Below are positions 19,302 to 29,900 of a stretch of DNA of 59,256 nt, in pieces. The notes below the pieces were generated by a model. The model did no database searches, was not told the DNA's origin, and saw only the letters and a program-made list of their open reading frames with translations. The stretch covers positions 1 to 59,256 of the forward strand of contig SXPB01000094.1 in NCBI GenBank assembly GCA_005776475.1, written 5' to 3'. This DNA comes from Planctomycetia bacterium (GTDB lineage: Bacteria > Planctomycetota > UBA1135 > UBA2386). Both the position numbers and the translations under genes were made by a program. How positions within the stretch are numbered: the stretch's first letter is position 1; every line of letters starts with the position of its first letter.

Positions 19302-20015
19302 TTACCGACCCGGTTCCGCTGGCGGCCCTGACCATGGTGCAAACCAGCCTCCGGGAATCGCCGGCAGGAACGGAAGCTTCAGCGACGGCGGCCACAGGCC
19401 GACTCCCGCGGTGAGGCCGATCGCGTGCAGTTCGACGCCTTCAACGAGTCCGGCACTCGCCCCGAGGATCGGCGTATCGACGCGCAGCCCGAGCCCAGTG
19501 GTGCTCACCCCCACCGCGAGCCATTCTGTGTAGTCGCGGCCGACGGCGTTCGGCGGCAGATCGACGCCCATGCCGGTTTCGCGCGCGAGCCAGGCGATGA
19601 ACGTGTTGCTGTTCGGCCCTGGCCACGCCCGGTAGCCCTGTGCGTCGGGGAACGTGTCGGCGACGGCGCGGATGCGTTCGCCCAGCACGCGCGCCGCTTC
19701 GCCGCGCCACACCGCGTGCACCGCGACGCCTTCTTCCCAACGCACATCGGCAATCAAACCCTCGCGTCCGATCTCGCTGTGCAGGATGCCACCTACGCCC
19801 TTGTTCCATTCGATGCGCTCGCAGCCGCTCGGCGTTGCGATGTCGACCCACGCGTGTTCGGCGAACCGCGTGTACCACGGCAGCCAGGATCGTTCGGGCA
19901 GTCGCACCGACTTCACAGCGACAAGATGATCGTCGATGTGCAACCGCGACGGCCGCATGGCGCATGCAGAAAGCAGCAGCGCGAGCGTGACGGCGAACGG
20001 CAAGCGGAATGGCAT
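19302..20015 (-). CDS. DUF3750-like lipoprotein
   Basis: Lipobox LSAC; FAEHAW and YRAWPGPNSNTF..LPPNAVGRDY. Confidence 0.75.
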   Translation of the reverse strand: MPFRLPFAVTLALLLSACAMRPSRLHIDDHLVAVKSVRLPERSWLPWYTRFAEHAWVDIATPSGCERIEWNKGVGGILHSEIGREGLIADVRWEEGVAVHAVWRGEAARVLGERIRAVADTFPDAQGYRAWPGPNSNTFIAWLARETGMGVDLPPNAVGRDYTEWLAVGVSTTGLGLRVDTPILGASAGLVEGVELHAIGLTAGVGLWPPSLKLPFLPAIPGGWFAPWSGPPAEPGR

Positions 20016-20100
20016 TGCCGCTGCATACGCACTCGGTGGGCGCCTTGCGAGAGTGGGGGGCCCCCTGGAAGATCCGCGCGCCGCGCACCCTCGCCCGTCG

Positions 20101-20439
20101 ATGCCGTTCGCGATTGCGTTCGCCCTCTCGCTCGCCAGCGCCACCGCACCGGCGCAGGCTGTGCTGATCGCGCATTCGGTGACGTCGCAATGGTCGACGG
20201 GGTTCCAGGGCCGCATCACGATCCTGAACCAGGCCCCCTACACAATCCACGACTGGCGGCTCGGCTTCGACGCGAGCTACACGATCACCAGCATGTGGAA
20301 CGCGCAGATCGCCGCGAACGCCGGGGCGCACTACGAAGTGACCGCGGTGCAGGCGAGTTGGGAGGACGGCGACCTGTCGCCCAACGAACTGGCGTCGATC
20401 GATTTCGTGGCGACCGGCGTGCCCGCGATCGCGCCGTGA
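20101..20439 (+). CDS. Stand-alone exported CBM2 (cellulose/chitin-binding) domain protein
   Basis: Signal peptide, then SQWSTGFQGRITI.N...DWRLGF...ITSMWNA...W..DL.P, the CBM2 tryptophan pattern. Confidence 0.7.
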   Translation: MPFAIAFALSLASATAPAQAVLIAHSVTSQWSTGFQGRITILNQAPYTIHDWRLGFDASYTITSMWNAQIAANAGAHYEVTAVQASWEDGDLSPNELASIDFVATGVPAIAP

Positions 20440-20452
20440 CGAATCGGGTCGC

Positions 20453-22654
20453 TTATCCGCCCCCGATCACGGCCTCGGCTGCATCCGAAAGCACGGCCCC
20501 AAGCCCGTTGCCTGAGTTCGCATCGAGCAGCAGTGCTTGGTTGAAGAACCGAGTTCCCACTAGAGACGGGACATAGGGAATCGGGAGGAGCCAGCGGGCT
20601 TGGTTGGCCTGCCCTGGAAGCAAGACTGTGCCATCCACTTGCACGTGCAACAGGCAGCCGGGCGCTCCGACCACCGCCAACGACACCGGGGAGATCGATT
20701 GCCATCCGAACGCAAGCAGGGCCAAGTTGTCGGGCACGTCGAAGAGTGTCAATTCGAACGTGCGGCCGATGTGCGGAGTGTCGCGCGGCACGAGCCTGGA
20801 TGCTGGGCGAGAACCGGAACAACCTGGCGCGATACCCACGTAAGTCGAAGTTGGGCCGACGCGAGCCGCAAACAGGCCGTTGCCGGCGGTGACCTCGACA
20901 TACGAGGTCCCCGGTTGTAGCGGTGGCGGTGGATACGCGGGCCCGACGATGCCACAAGCATCGGCCAGCCCGTCTGAGCGACGCAGGACAGTGAAGCTGT
21001 AGCCCCCATCCAATTCCACGAAGTAGACACCGAACGGCAGCGTCGGGATCGGTCGCCAGGTCGAGACACCGGGTCCGAAAGAGCCCCACGCGACGACACT
21101 GCCATCCGAGCGAAGAGCGGTGTTGTAGTTGTGGGATCCCGCCGCTTCGACGTAGCGCAAGCCAGGTGGCAGTGCGGGAACGAGGCTGTTTCCCGAATAG
21201 GTTGTTCCAGCGTAGATCAGGTTGCCATCGGAACGCACGAGCAGTGTTTTCGCGTAACGCACATCAACACCGGTGTAGGTCATGCCGGTGAGGAGCGGGG
21301 GAAGCACCGTGCAGCCGAATGCATCGGGTCCAATCGCCACCGCCGCGCCGTCAGAGCGCAACGCTACGGAGTGATTGTCGCAGGCCGCGAAGTCGCGGTA
21401 CACAACGCCTGCGGGAAGTGGCGGCACATTGCACTGGCCGTGGCTGTTGGATCCCCAAGCAAACAGACTGCCGTCGATGCGGAGGGCCATGGTGTGCGTG
21501 GTGCCAACGCCGACCTTGGTAAACTGAGAAGTCACCAGCGGCGCCGGGATTGTCATCTGGCCGTACGTATTGCTGCCCCAGGTCTGGATCTGGCCCGTGC
21601 TCAGTACGGCCGCCGCGTGGATGCCACTGGTTGCGATCGAGGTGTAATGCACGCCGATGGGCGTATCTGGAAGGAACGGGATCGACGCCTGGTGGTTGGT
21701 GTTCTCTCCCCAGGCCAAGATGCGACCTGAAGTCGTCACAACCAAAGAGTGATTTGCTCCACACGAAAGCGATCGAACAGACTCCGTCAGGACAGGCACG
21801 TCGAGCTGACCAACGTAGTTGGCCCCCCATGCGACCAGTGCCCCGTCGGATCGGTAGGCAACGCTATGGTTCATTCCACCGGCAACAAACAAATAGCGTA
21901 GACCAGTCGGCGGCCCTGGTATGTTGCACTGTCCTGCGAAGTTCGATCCCCACGAGATTGCGGCGCCATCGGAACGAATCGCGAGGCCGTGGTCGCTACC
22001 TGCGGCAATCTCAGAATAGGTGATCCCCAGAGGTGGGGTAGGAACCGAGCATTGGCCCAGCGCATTGTCTCCCCAAGCAACCAAGGAGCCGTCGGACAGC
22101 AAGGCCAATGAGAATGCTACACCACCCCTAACTTGAACCGCTGGCCCTGGAAGCGATGGCACGTTGCAACAACCGAAACTAGTATCCCCCCAAGCAACTA
22201 CGGCCCCGTCAGATCGAATCGCGAGAAAGTGGGCGTGTCCGGACTCGACATCCAAATAGACAGTGCCCAAGGGCAACGGGGGAGCAGGTGTTGCCGGCAC
22301 AATTGGCGATTGGCCCCAAACTACGATGTTGCCATCCGATCGCAATGCAGCTGCCGCGTAGACATTGCATGCAATTTTGACCGTCGCGAGGCCTGCGGGA
22401 GGAGCCGGCATCTGCCCAAGGAATTTATTGACGCCGTTTATGAGTACCCGACCATCGGTTCTGACGACCGCTGTCAAGAGGTGGTTCGCAGTCGCCATCA
22501 GCGCCGGCGCCTGCATCGAGTCCGTGTCGCTCCCCCAGTCTCCCCAATGTACTACGGCGCTCTGTGCCCTGATAATCGATCCGGCTACGTTGGTCGCCCC
22601 AAAGGCGATCAACGGAGTGAAAGCGACAGCCAAGTTAAGCAAGCAGTGAGCCAT
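20453..22654 (-). CDS. Exported RCC1-repeat protein with lineage-type C-terminal domain
   Basis: Many G..HS.ALRSDG..VAWG.N..GQC.VP repeats; C-terminal GCSG...IP..PSLVG..F.NQALLLD..G...SD domain; lower GC than neighbours. Confidence 0.9.
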   Translation of the reverse strand: MAHCLLNLAVAFTPLIAFGATNVAGSIIRAQSAVVHWGDWGSDTDSMQAPALMATANHLLTAVVRTDGRVLINGVNKFLGQMPAPPAGLATVKIACNVYAAAALRSDGNIVVWGQSPIVPATPAPPLPLGTVYLDVESGHAHFLAIRSDGAVVAWGDTSFGCCNVPSLPGPAVQVRGGVAFSLALLSDGSLVAWGDNALGQCSVPTPPLGITYSEIAAGSDHGLAIRSDGAAISWGSNFAGQCNIPGPPTGLRYLFVAGGMNHSVAYRSDGALVAWGANYVGQLDVPVLTESVRSLSCGANHSLVVTTSGRILAWGENTNHQASIPFLPDTPIGVHYTSIATSGIHAAAVLSTGQIQTWGSNTYGQMTIPAPLVTSQFTKVGVGTTHTMALRIDGSLFAWGSNSHGQCNVPPLPAGVVYRDFAACDNHSVALRSDGAAVAIGPDAFGCTVLPPLLTGMTYTGVDVRYAKTLLVRSDGNLIYAGTTYSGNSLVPALPPGLRYVEAAGSHNYNTALRSDGSVVAWGSFGPGVSTWRPIPTLPFGVYFVELDGGYSFTVLRRSDGLADACGIVGPAYPPPPLQPGTSYVEVTAGNGLFAARVGPTSTYVGIAPGCSGSRPASRLVPRDTPHIGRTFELTLFDVPDNLALLAFGWQSISPVSLAVVGAPGCLLHVQVDGTVLLPGQANQARWLLPIPYVPSLVGTRFFNQALLLDANSGNGLGAVLSDAAEAVIGGG

Positions 22655-22733
22655 CGTAAGGATCAAAAAGAGAGGAAAGCGCTGGGCTGGCGGCTACGTC
22701 CGACTGACAGGTTGCCGTGTTGTGATGCGCCAA

Positions 22734-24188
22734 CTACTGCACGAGCCTGCCGAACGACGCCGTGAAGCGCGGCGACTCCGCCGGTGGCGCGACAATGCCT
22801 TGCAGGAACAGCGGCAGCCCCACCAGAGTCGGCTGGTTGGGGATCGCGAGCGCGAACGGTGACGCCGACCCGGGCAGTGTCGTCATCCCGGAGAACACGA
22901 CGCCCACGTTCAGGTCGATCGCGAGTTCACCGAACGGCGGCAGCGGGAACGGCGACGTGAGGCCGACGAGCGAGACTCCGAGCCCCGTGAAGTGCGGCCC
23001 CGTCGCGTAGCCCGGCTGGCTCCACACGACCGGCGTCCACGGCTGGCCGATCGCCGGCTGCCCCGGCACCAGATCGCGGTGCCGGTTGATCAGCAGCGTC
23101 GGCGGCAGGAACTGTTCGCACACCAGCAGGTCCATGTCCCCATCGCGATCGCAGTCGAACGGCAGCAACGCCGGCACTTGCCCACCGACGAGCGGATGCC
23201 GTGCCGCACCCGACGTGAAACCACCCAGGCCAAGGCCGAGTTGCAGGTCGAGGCCGGTGATGCCGCCACGCCACAGGTCGAGATCACCGTCGGCGTCGAC
23301 ATCCGCGAGTGCGAGCCGGTACGAGCCGTTGGGTCCAGTCGCGAGCGACACACCCGCCGCGAACGTGTTGCCGACGTCGAGCAGCACGTCGTCGCTGGCG
23401 ACCCCCTGCCGCGCCACGACGAGGTCGCGATCGCCGTCGCCGTCGAGGTCGCCGACGGCGACGTCGCGGATCGAGCCGGGCACCAGCCCGCCCACCCACG
23501 CCGCACTGACGTCGGTGAACGTGAAGCCGCCCTGGTTGCGCAGCACGAGCACGCCCCCGGTCGAGCCCAACACGAGGTCCTGGTCGCCATCGGTGTCGAT
23601 GTCAGCGGCGGCGATCGCGTTCGACCAGGTCGTCGGCAGCACGTTGAGGCGCGCGAACGCACAGTTGCCCTGGTTCGAGAACACCGCGTTGAGGCCGCCG
23701 GCCAGTGCTTGCCCGCTCGCGGCGATGTCGAGGTCGCCGTCGCCGTCGAGATCGACCCCGACGAGGTCGGTGTAGCCGCCCATGTCGGTGAACCCGGTAT
23801 CGACGAACGTGCCGGTGCCGAGGTTTCGCCACACCACCACGCCGCCCATCATCGAACTGAACACGTCGATGTCCCCGTCGCCGTCGAAGTCGGATGCGAC
23901 CGCGTGGCCGTTCGACATCATCATCGTCGACTGCGTCGGCAGCGCCGAGGCACTGACGTCGGTCCAGGCTTCGTTGCCGTCGTTGCGGTGCAGCCGTCGC
24001 GCCGGCATGCCGCCGAACAGTCCGATGCAGGAGAGCAGGTCGAGGTCACCGTCGCCGTCGACGTCGGCGGCGACCGACTCCTGCGGCCAGGCGCTGATGA
24101 TCGCGGTCGGCGTGCGGGCGACGAACTGCGTCTGGGCGAGCAATGGCGCCGAGAGCAGGACTACGAGGGTGGCGATGGTCTTCTGCAT
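22734..24188 (-). CDS. Exported FG-GAP/VCBS-repeat protein with C-terminal domain
   Basis: Signal peptide (LLA|Q); seven D.DGDGD.D-type repeats; C-terminal IPNQPTLVGLPLFLQG. Confidence 0.9.
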   Translation of the reverse strand: MQKTIATLVVLLSAPLLAQTQFVARTPTAIISAWPQESVAADVDGDGDLDLLSCIGLFGGMPARRLHRNDGNEAWTDVSASALPTQSTMMMSNGHAVASDFDGDGDIDVFSSMMGGVVVWRNLGTGTFVDTGFTDMGGYTDLVGVDLDGDGDLDIAASGQALAGGLNAVFSNQGNCAFARLNVLPTTWSNAIAAADIDTDGDQDLVLGSTGGVLVLRNQGGFTFTDVSAAWVGGLVPGSIRDVAVGDLDGDGDRDLVVARQGVASDDVLLDVGNTFAAGVSLATGPNGSYRLALADVDADGDLDLWRGGITGLDLQLGLGLGGFTSGAARHPLVGGQVPALLPFDCDRDGDMDLLVCEQFLPPTLLINRHRDLVPGQPAIGQPWTPVVWSQPGYATGPHFTGLGVSLVGLTSPFPLPPFGELAIDLNVGVVFSGMTTLPGSASPFALAIPNQPTLVGLPLFLQGIVAPPAESPRFTASFGRLVQ

Positions 24189-24271
24189 GGCGGGCGGCGC
24201 GCGATGGTAGCCGAGAGCGGCGATCCATGGGACGCGCCGCTATCCTGCTCACCCCCCGAACGAGCCACACC

Positions 24272-26002
24272 GTGACCGACTTGCACGCCCATCTCCGCAC
24301 CCGCCTCCTCGACGCCATTGCCGGGCTAGGGCTCGACCGTGCAGCCGCCGAGCCGTTGGTGCGTCTCGAACCGCCGAAGAACCGTGACCATGGCGACGTG
24401 GCGTTGCCCGCGTTCCAGCTGGCGAAGCTCGCCGGCAAGGCGCCGCCCGCGTTTGCGAATGAACTCGCCGCGCGCGTGACCGCCGATGACGTTGTCGAGT
24501 CGGCGACCGCGACGGGACCGTTCATCAACTTCCGCTTCCGTCGCGCGGCGCTGGCGCGCGCCGTACTCGAGGCGATCCAGTCCGGGGCCGCGCCGTACGG
24601 CAAGGCCGCTGCGAACGGCCAGGTCGTGTGCATCGACTTCAGTTCGCCCAACATCGCGAAGCCGTTCCACATCGGCCACATGCGCAGCACGACGATCGGC
24701 AACGCGTTGTGCCGCATCCATCGCCATACAGGCGCCACGGTGCACGGCATCAACCACCTCGGCGACTGGGGCATGCCGTTCGCGAAGATGATGACCGCCT
24801 ACATGCGGTGGGGTAACGAGCAGGAACTGCACGCGTCGCCGATGCGCTACATGTTCGAGCTCTACAAACGCTACGGCCGCGAGGTGAAGGAGAACCCCGG
24901 CCTCGACGCCGAGGCTGCGAAGCACTTCCAAGCGCTCGAGAGCGGCGCCGACAATGTCGAACGGCGCATGTGGCAACTGCTGCGCGACGAATCGCTGAAG
25001 GCGTTCCAGGGCCCGTACGCGCGGCTCGGCGTGACCTTCGACCACATCACCGGTGAGTCGTTCTTCGAGGACAAGATGGCGGGCGCGATGCAGCGCGTCA
25101 CCGCGTCGGGCGTGCTCGAGCAGAGCGAAGGGGCTGCAGTCGTCTGGCTGAAGGAGCTCGGCATCAAGGAGCCGTGCATCCTGCAGAAGAGCGATGGCAC
25201 GACGCTCTACCACACGCGCGACCTCGCGGCGGCGTTCTACCGCGAGGTGACGTTCCACCCGACGCGCATCCTCTACGTCGTCGGGGCCGAGCAGAAGCTG
25301 CACTTCGATCAGTTGAAGGGCGTGCTGACGAAGATGAAGGAGCCGGTCGCCAAGGCGGTCGAGCACGTGCCGTTCGGCCTCGTGCTCAGCAAGACCGACG
25401 ACGGCAAGTGGGAGAAGTTCGCGTCGCGCTCGGGCAACGCGGTGTTCCTCGACGAGATCCTCGACGAGGCGGTGGCGAAGGTGCGCGGCGTGATCCGCGA
25501 GAAGAACCCGGACCTCGCCGATGCCGACCAGATCGCCGAGCAGGTCGGCGTGTCGGCGATCGTGTTCAACGACCTGAAGAACTCGCGCATCAAGGACGTG
25601 AAGTTCGACTGGGAGTCGATGCTGCAGTTCGAGGGCGAGACCGGTCCGTACGTGCAGTACGCGTGCGCCCGGCTGTCGTCGATCCTGCGCAAGGCCGAGT
25701 GTCCGGTGCCCGCTGCCTCGGCGATCGACCACGGCGTGCTCGCCGACGCCGAGCGCGTGTTGCTGACGATGATGGACTTCGGCACCGCGGTGCAGAAGGC
25801 GGCCGAACAGAGCGAGCCGAGCCACGTCACCGGCCACACGATCGCGCTCGCCGGCGAGATCCACAGCTACCTGCGCGACCACTACGTCGTCGGCCAGGAA
25901 CCGAAAATCCGCGATGCGCGCCTCGTGCTGGTCGACGCCGCGCGGCGCCTGCTGGTCACCGGGCTCGCGCTGCTCGGGATCACGGCGCCGGAACGCATGT
26001 AA
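24272..26002 (+). CDS. argS: Arginine--tRNA ligase
   Basis: DFSSPNIAKPFHIGH, NHLGDWG, KSDGTTLYHTRD, YVVGAEQ, GETGPYVQY, C-terminal LGITAPERM. GTG start assumed. Confidence 0.97.
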   Translation: MTDLHAHLRTRLLDAIAGLGLDRAAAEPLVRLEPPKNRDHGDVALPAFQLAKLAGKAPPAFANELAARVTADDVVESATATGPFINFRFRRAALARAVLEAIQSGAAPYGKAAANGQVVCIDFSSPNIAKPFHIGHMRSTTIGNALCRIHRHTGATVHGINHLGDWGMPFAKMMTAYMRWGNEQELHASPMRYMFELYKRYGREVKENPGLDAEAAKHFQALESGADNVERRMWQLLRDESLKAFQGPYARLGVTFDHITGESFFEDKMAGAMQRVTASGVLEQSEGAAVVWLKELGIKEPCILQKSDGTTLYHTRDLAAAFYREVTFHPTRILYVVGAEQKLHFDQLKGVLTKMKEPVAKAVEHVPFGLVLSKTDDGKWEKFASRSGNAVFLDEILDEAVAKVRGVIREKNPDLADADQIAEQVGVSAIVFNDLKNSRIKDVKFDWESMLQFEGETGPYVQYACARLSSILRKAECPVPAASAIDHGVLADAERVLLTMMDFGTAVQKAAEQSEPSHVTGHTIALAGEIHSYLRDHYVVGQEPKIRDARLVLVDAARRLLVTGLALLGITAPERM

Positions 26003-26028
26003 GCGCGCGGTCGTTCGTCGGGCGCAGC

Positions 26029-26949
26029 TCAGCTCAGCGTGCGCTGGCCGATCGCGTGGGCGGAGAAGTACTCACCGATCGCAAACGACGCGCGGCGGCG
26101 TCCGCGACCCTGGTAGACGTTCTTCTGGCGGGCGTGGTCGACCACCGGCAGTACGCGGGCGTCGAACGTCACGCGCGTTAGCTCCGTCAGGTTGTGCGGA
26201 CCTGCGTGCAGGCACCGCGAGTCGAACAGCAGGATCTCGCCGACATCGAGGCGAAGGGGCTGGCAGATGCGTTCGCAGCGCGCCTGCAGGCTCGCATCGT
26301 TTTGCGTGTCGCGACCGAACGCAGCGAAGTTCCAGTCGTACTCGCGCAGCAGCTCGATGCTCTCGGGCAGTTGGGCCAGCAGCAGCGATCGCGTTGCTTC
26401 GCAGCGCACCAGCGGGAAGAACACGTTCACCTCGCGCGGGTTGTGCCCGATCATGAGGTCGTTGTGGTAGCTCGTGGCGCCTGGATAGCCGGGCGCGTGC
26501 GGGAAGAACACGCGGAACGTCGGCGTGCGCTGGAAGTGCGCCGGCCCGATTCCGATCGCTGGCACCACCACTTCGGTGAGCAGCCGCTCGTAGAGCGCGT
26601 GGAACGCCAACGGCATTTCGTAGAGCACGCGCGCCGCGGCGCTCTGCTGCGAAACGTCCATCGCCTGGTGCACCGGCGCGATCAGCTCGTGCAGGTGTTC
26701 GAGGCGGTCACCGCGTGCCGACAGCGTGCCGCGGTCGAGCATGCCGGCGGCAGCGAGCGCATCGCCGACGATCGCAACGAAGTCGAACTGGCGCGGGTCG
26801 TAGCGCAGCCGCGTCACTCCGGTCGGGAAGCGCTTCTGGAACGGGCTCGTGCGTTCCATGTCGGCGACGAACTCGGCACGGAAGCCGGGCTCGGTGTAGT
26901 TCGCGTAGTCGGGAGCCTGGCCGGTGGACGTCGTGTACGTGGTCGTCAT
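26029..26949 (-). CDS. StrG-like / PhyH-type Fe(II)-2OG dioxygenase
   Basis: FQRTPTFRV; HND...H facial triad (YHNDLMIGH, CLHAG); TRVTFDARV. Confidence 0.75.
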   Translation of the reverse strand: MTTTYTTSTGQAPDYANYTEPGFRAEFVADMERTSPFQKRFPTGVTRLRYDPRQFDFVAIVGDALAAAGMLDRGTLSARGDRLEHLHELIAPVHQAMDVSQQSAAARVLYEMPLAFHALYERLLTEVVVPAIGIGPAHFQRTPTFRVFFPHAPGYPGATSYHNDLMIGHNPREVNVFFPLVRCEATRSLLLAQLPESIELLREYDWNFAAFGRDTQNDASLQARCERICQPLRLDVGEILLFDSRCLHAGPHNLTELTRVTFDARVLPVVDHARQKNVYQGRGRRRASFAIGEYFSAHAIGQRTLS

Positions 26950-26950
26950 G

Positions 26951-29900
26951 TCAGACCTGCATCGCTTCGGGAACGGAATCTGGTTCGAGCTTGCTGCCGT
27001 CGCGCATCCGCTGTGCGAGCACGGTCCGGTAGGGCTCACAGCTGCGGGCGGCGCGCAGAACGTCGTCGCTGCCGGGCAGACCGGTTGCGTCCAGCAGGTT
27101 GGCGAGCGCCAGGCGCAGCGACAGCATCTCGGGCAGCTGGGTTGCGGCCGCACGCAGCAGGCACGCCGCAGTCGAGGTGTCGCCGTACAGCAAGGCGGTG
27201 CCGAGGAACCGGTCGAGGTTGACGGCTTCGAGCAATTGCGCAGGGGTGAGGATCCCGAGGCGCGCGTGGCTTTGGGCTTCTTCGACGATGCCGGGAGCGA
27301 GCAGCGTGCAAGGCAGCGGACGCTGCGCCACGAACGGCAGCGCGGTGCTCGGTGGCGCCAGCTCCGCTCGCGCCCGCGCCACAGCGGCGAGGTCGCAGGC
27401 CGGATCGCGCAGATGTCGCCAGGCGGCACGGGCGGGGCTCGTCGACAGCAGCGTCGACAACTGCACCGCTTCCGCAGTGGCCAGCGCGGCCAACCAGAAG
27501 GCGTACTCGGCGGCGGCGCCGTAGGTCGGGTCGAAGGGGCCGAGCCGATCGTGCAGCGATCGCCGCCACATCGGATGCGAGCCGATGCCGTTCTTGGTCG
27601 GCAGACGCAAATGCGCCGCCGGTGGCGGGCACGTGAAGCCGAGACACGACACGGGTTCGAAGCGGCCGACGAGCCCGTTGGTCCAACCTTCCGTGCCGAA
27701 CGCGACGGCAGCCTGCGGTCGTCGATCGAGACCATCGGCGAGCAACGCGAACGCGTCGGGACGGAAGCGGTCGCCGGGCATCGCCACGGTCAACAGCGGT
27801 GCGGTCGAGGTGGCGGCGCAGGCCGACAAGCGAGTTGCCCATGACGTCGACTCGGGCACGGACACCCAGCGCACCGCAGCGAAGCCCCCGGCGGCCGGGT
27901 GTCGCGTCAGTGCCGACGAAGTCGCGATGACCACTTCGCAGCAGGCGGCGCGATTCTGGTTCTCCAGTTCGGCGAGCAGGTCGGTGAGTTCCCCGTCGTT
28001 GCCCGCGAGCGGGATGAGCACGGCGATCGCGGCGGCTTCGCTGATGCCACGCTCCCGTTCTGGTGTCGCCGTCGCCGCCGACTTTGCCTCGCGCCGCTCC
28101 ACTGCGAACACTTCATTCGCGCGCAAGTTGGCGTCGAAGGTGTCGACGTCCATGCGGAGTGCCGCGCGCAGCGAAGTGTCGCCGACGAGCTCGCGGGTCG
28201 CGGCTTCGCCCAACTCGTTCACCAGCAGGCGCGTTGCCGTTGCGAACTCGGAAGATCCTTCGGCGAGCTCGCCGAGCAGTCCGAGCGCGCGAGTGCGACC
28301 AGTGTCCCCGCCCCGGCGCAGCAACGCCTTGGCGAGATCCAGGCGGAACCGCGCGAAGGCCGGGTTCCACGCGACGGCCAATTCGTGCAAGGCAGGCTTG
28401 CCGGTCTTGCGCGCGACGTAACCGGCGAGCGCCGCCAGCACGATCCGCGCGAACTCGATGGTTGCGACAGCGCCGCCCTTCTCGGCGTGCGTCACGAGAT
28501 CGAGGTAGCTGCGGAAGTCGAAGCAGTCCTCGTGGAAGTCGAACGGCATCACGTCGTCGTGCGGGCCGATCTGCCACCGGGCCGGATCGCCTTCGATGGT
28601 GTCGAACGCCAGCTGCAGTGCGCGCATTCGCTGCGCTGCGTCGCCGTGGTGCCACAGCGTGCGCACCAACAGGAAGCGCGCCGCGAGGTGTTCGGGCCAC
28701 AACCGGATGCACTTGTCGAGCAGCCCGATTGCATCGGTCAACATCGCGCGTTCGCTCGCTTCGCACTGCCGGATCTTGTCGTAGTACGCGAACTCGCACA
28801 GCAGTTCGCGCGCCATGTCGACGAGGGTCGATGCCTTCGCCTTCTTCTTCAGTTGCGCGCTGAGGTGGCGGAAGTTGGCCTGCATCGTCCGCCGCCGTAC
28901 CGACGGTTCGTCGGGCACCCACGAGCGCGACATGCACATCCGTTTCTGCGTCCACGACGAAGCATCGACTGCCTGGCGAGCCGGGCGGGGTGCCGCCGCG
29001 CGGAAGGTCAGGAAGCGGAAGTACTGCGAGGCGACACGCGGCATCGCGAACTCCGCGCGCACGACTTCGGCGCCGATGCGTGCCGCCGGCCCGAACTCGT
29101 CGTGGTGGTCGAGCAGGCGTCGCACGGCCTTGGCCAGATCGCCTGGCTCGTTGCCGTACGTGGTGACGCCGTGACGCTCATCGACCCACAGCCGGAGGCT
29201 GCATTCCTGCTGCAACGCGATCGTGCAGCCGAGCGCCAGCGACTCGAGTCCGCGGGTCGGCATCGCGCCCGGTCGGCGCACATACGTGAACGACGCCTTG
29301 CTCGCCGCCAGCAAGGCGTGGAACGCCATCGTGCCGGCGAAGCCGCGCACCACGCGCAGGTCGATGCCCGGCATGCCGAGCAATTCGTGCAGCAACCGCG
29401 CCTTGTCCGGGTGGTACGGATCCAGCATCGTGCCGGACACGAAGAAGTCGAGGTGGCGCGGGCCGACGGGGATCGGCGCGATGCCATTCGGCAGTCCGAA
29501 GACCTTGGGGAACGACGACACGAGCCCCTTGCCGAGCCCTTGCACGTCCAGCCATTCACTGCGGTCAGTGACGCACAGTTCGTCGAACAGGTCGAGCCAC
29601 GGCCGGATCGTCTGGATGTGCAGGTCGTGATCCGCGAGGTGCCCGAACAGCGGACACTGCAGCTGCTGCAGGTTCGGTGGCAGGTGGTGCCACTCGACCA
29701 TTGCCGTGGTGAAGAAGTCCGGCACGAAGCCGTCGCCCAGGAACGACTCGACACTGGCGTAGGGACGATTGCGCGCGTCGCCGGTGCGATGGCCGATGGT
29801 GCGCACTTCGAACCGGGGGTCGTGGCGGATGCCGCCACCGAGATCGGTCATCGCGCCGTCGGCCCAGGGCAGTTGCGCCAACACGCGGATCTTCGGTTGG

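Noticed and set aside
20453-22730. Mobile element explaining the low-GC segment
   Set aside because: No transposase, integrase, terminal repeats or tRNA target was seen.
26029-26949. Streptomycin or aminoglycoside biosynthesis implied by StrG similarity
   Set aside because: No aminocyclitol or other str genes are present, and the family is a generic dioxygenase fold.
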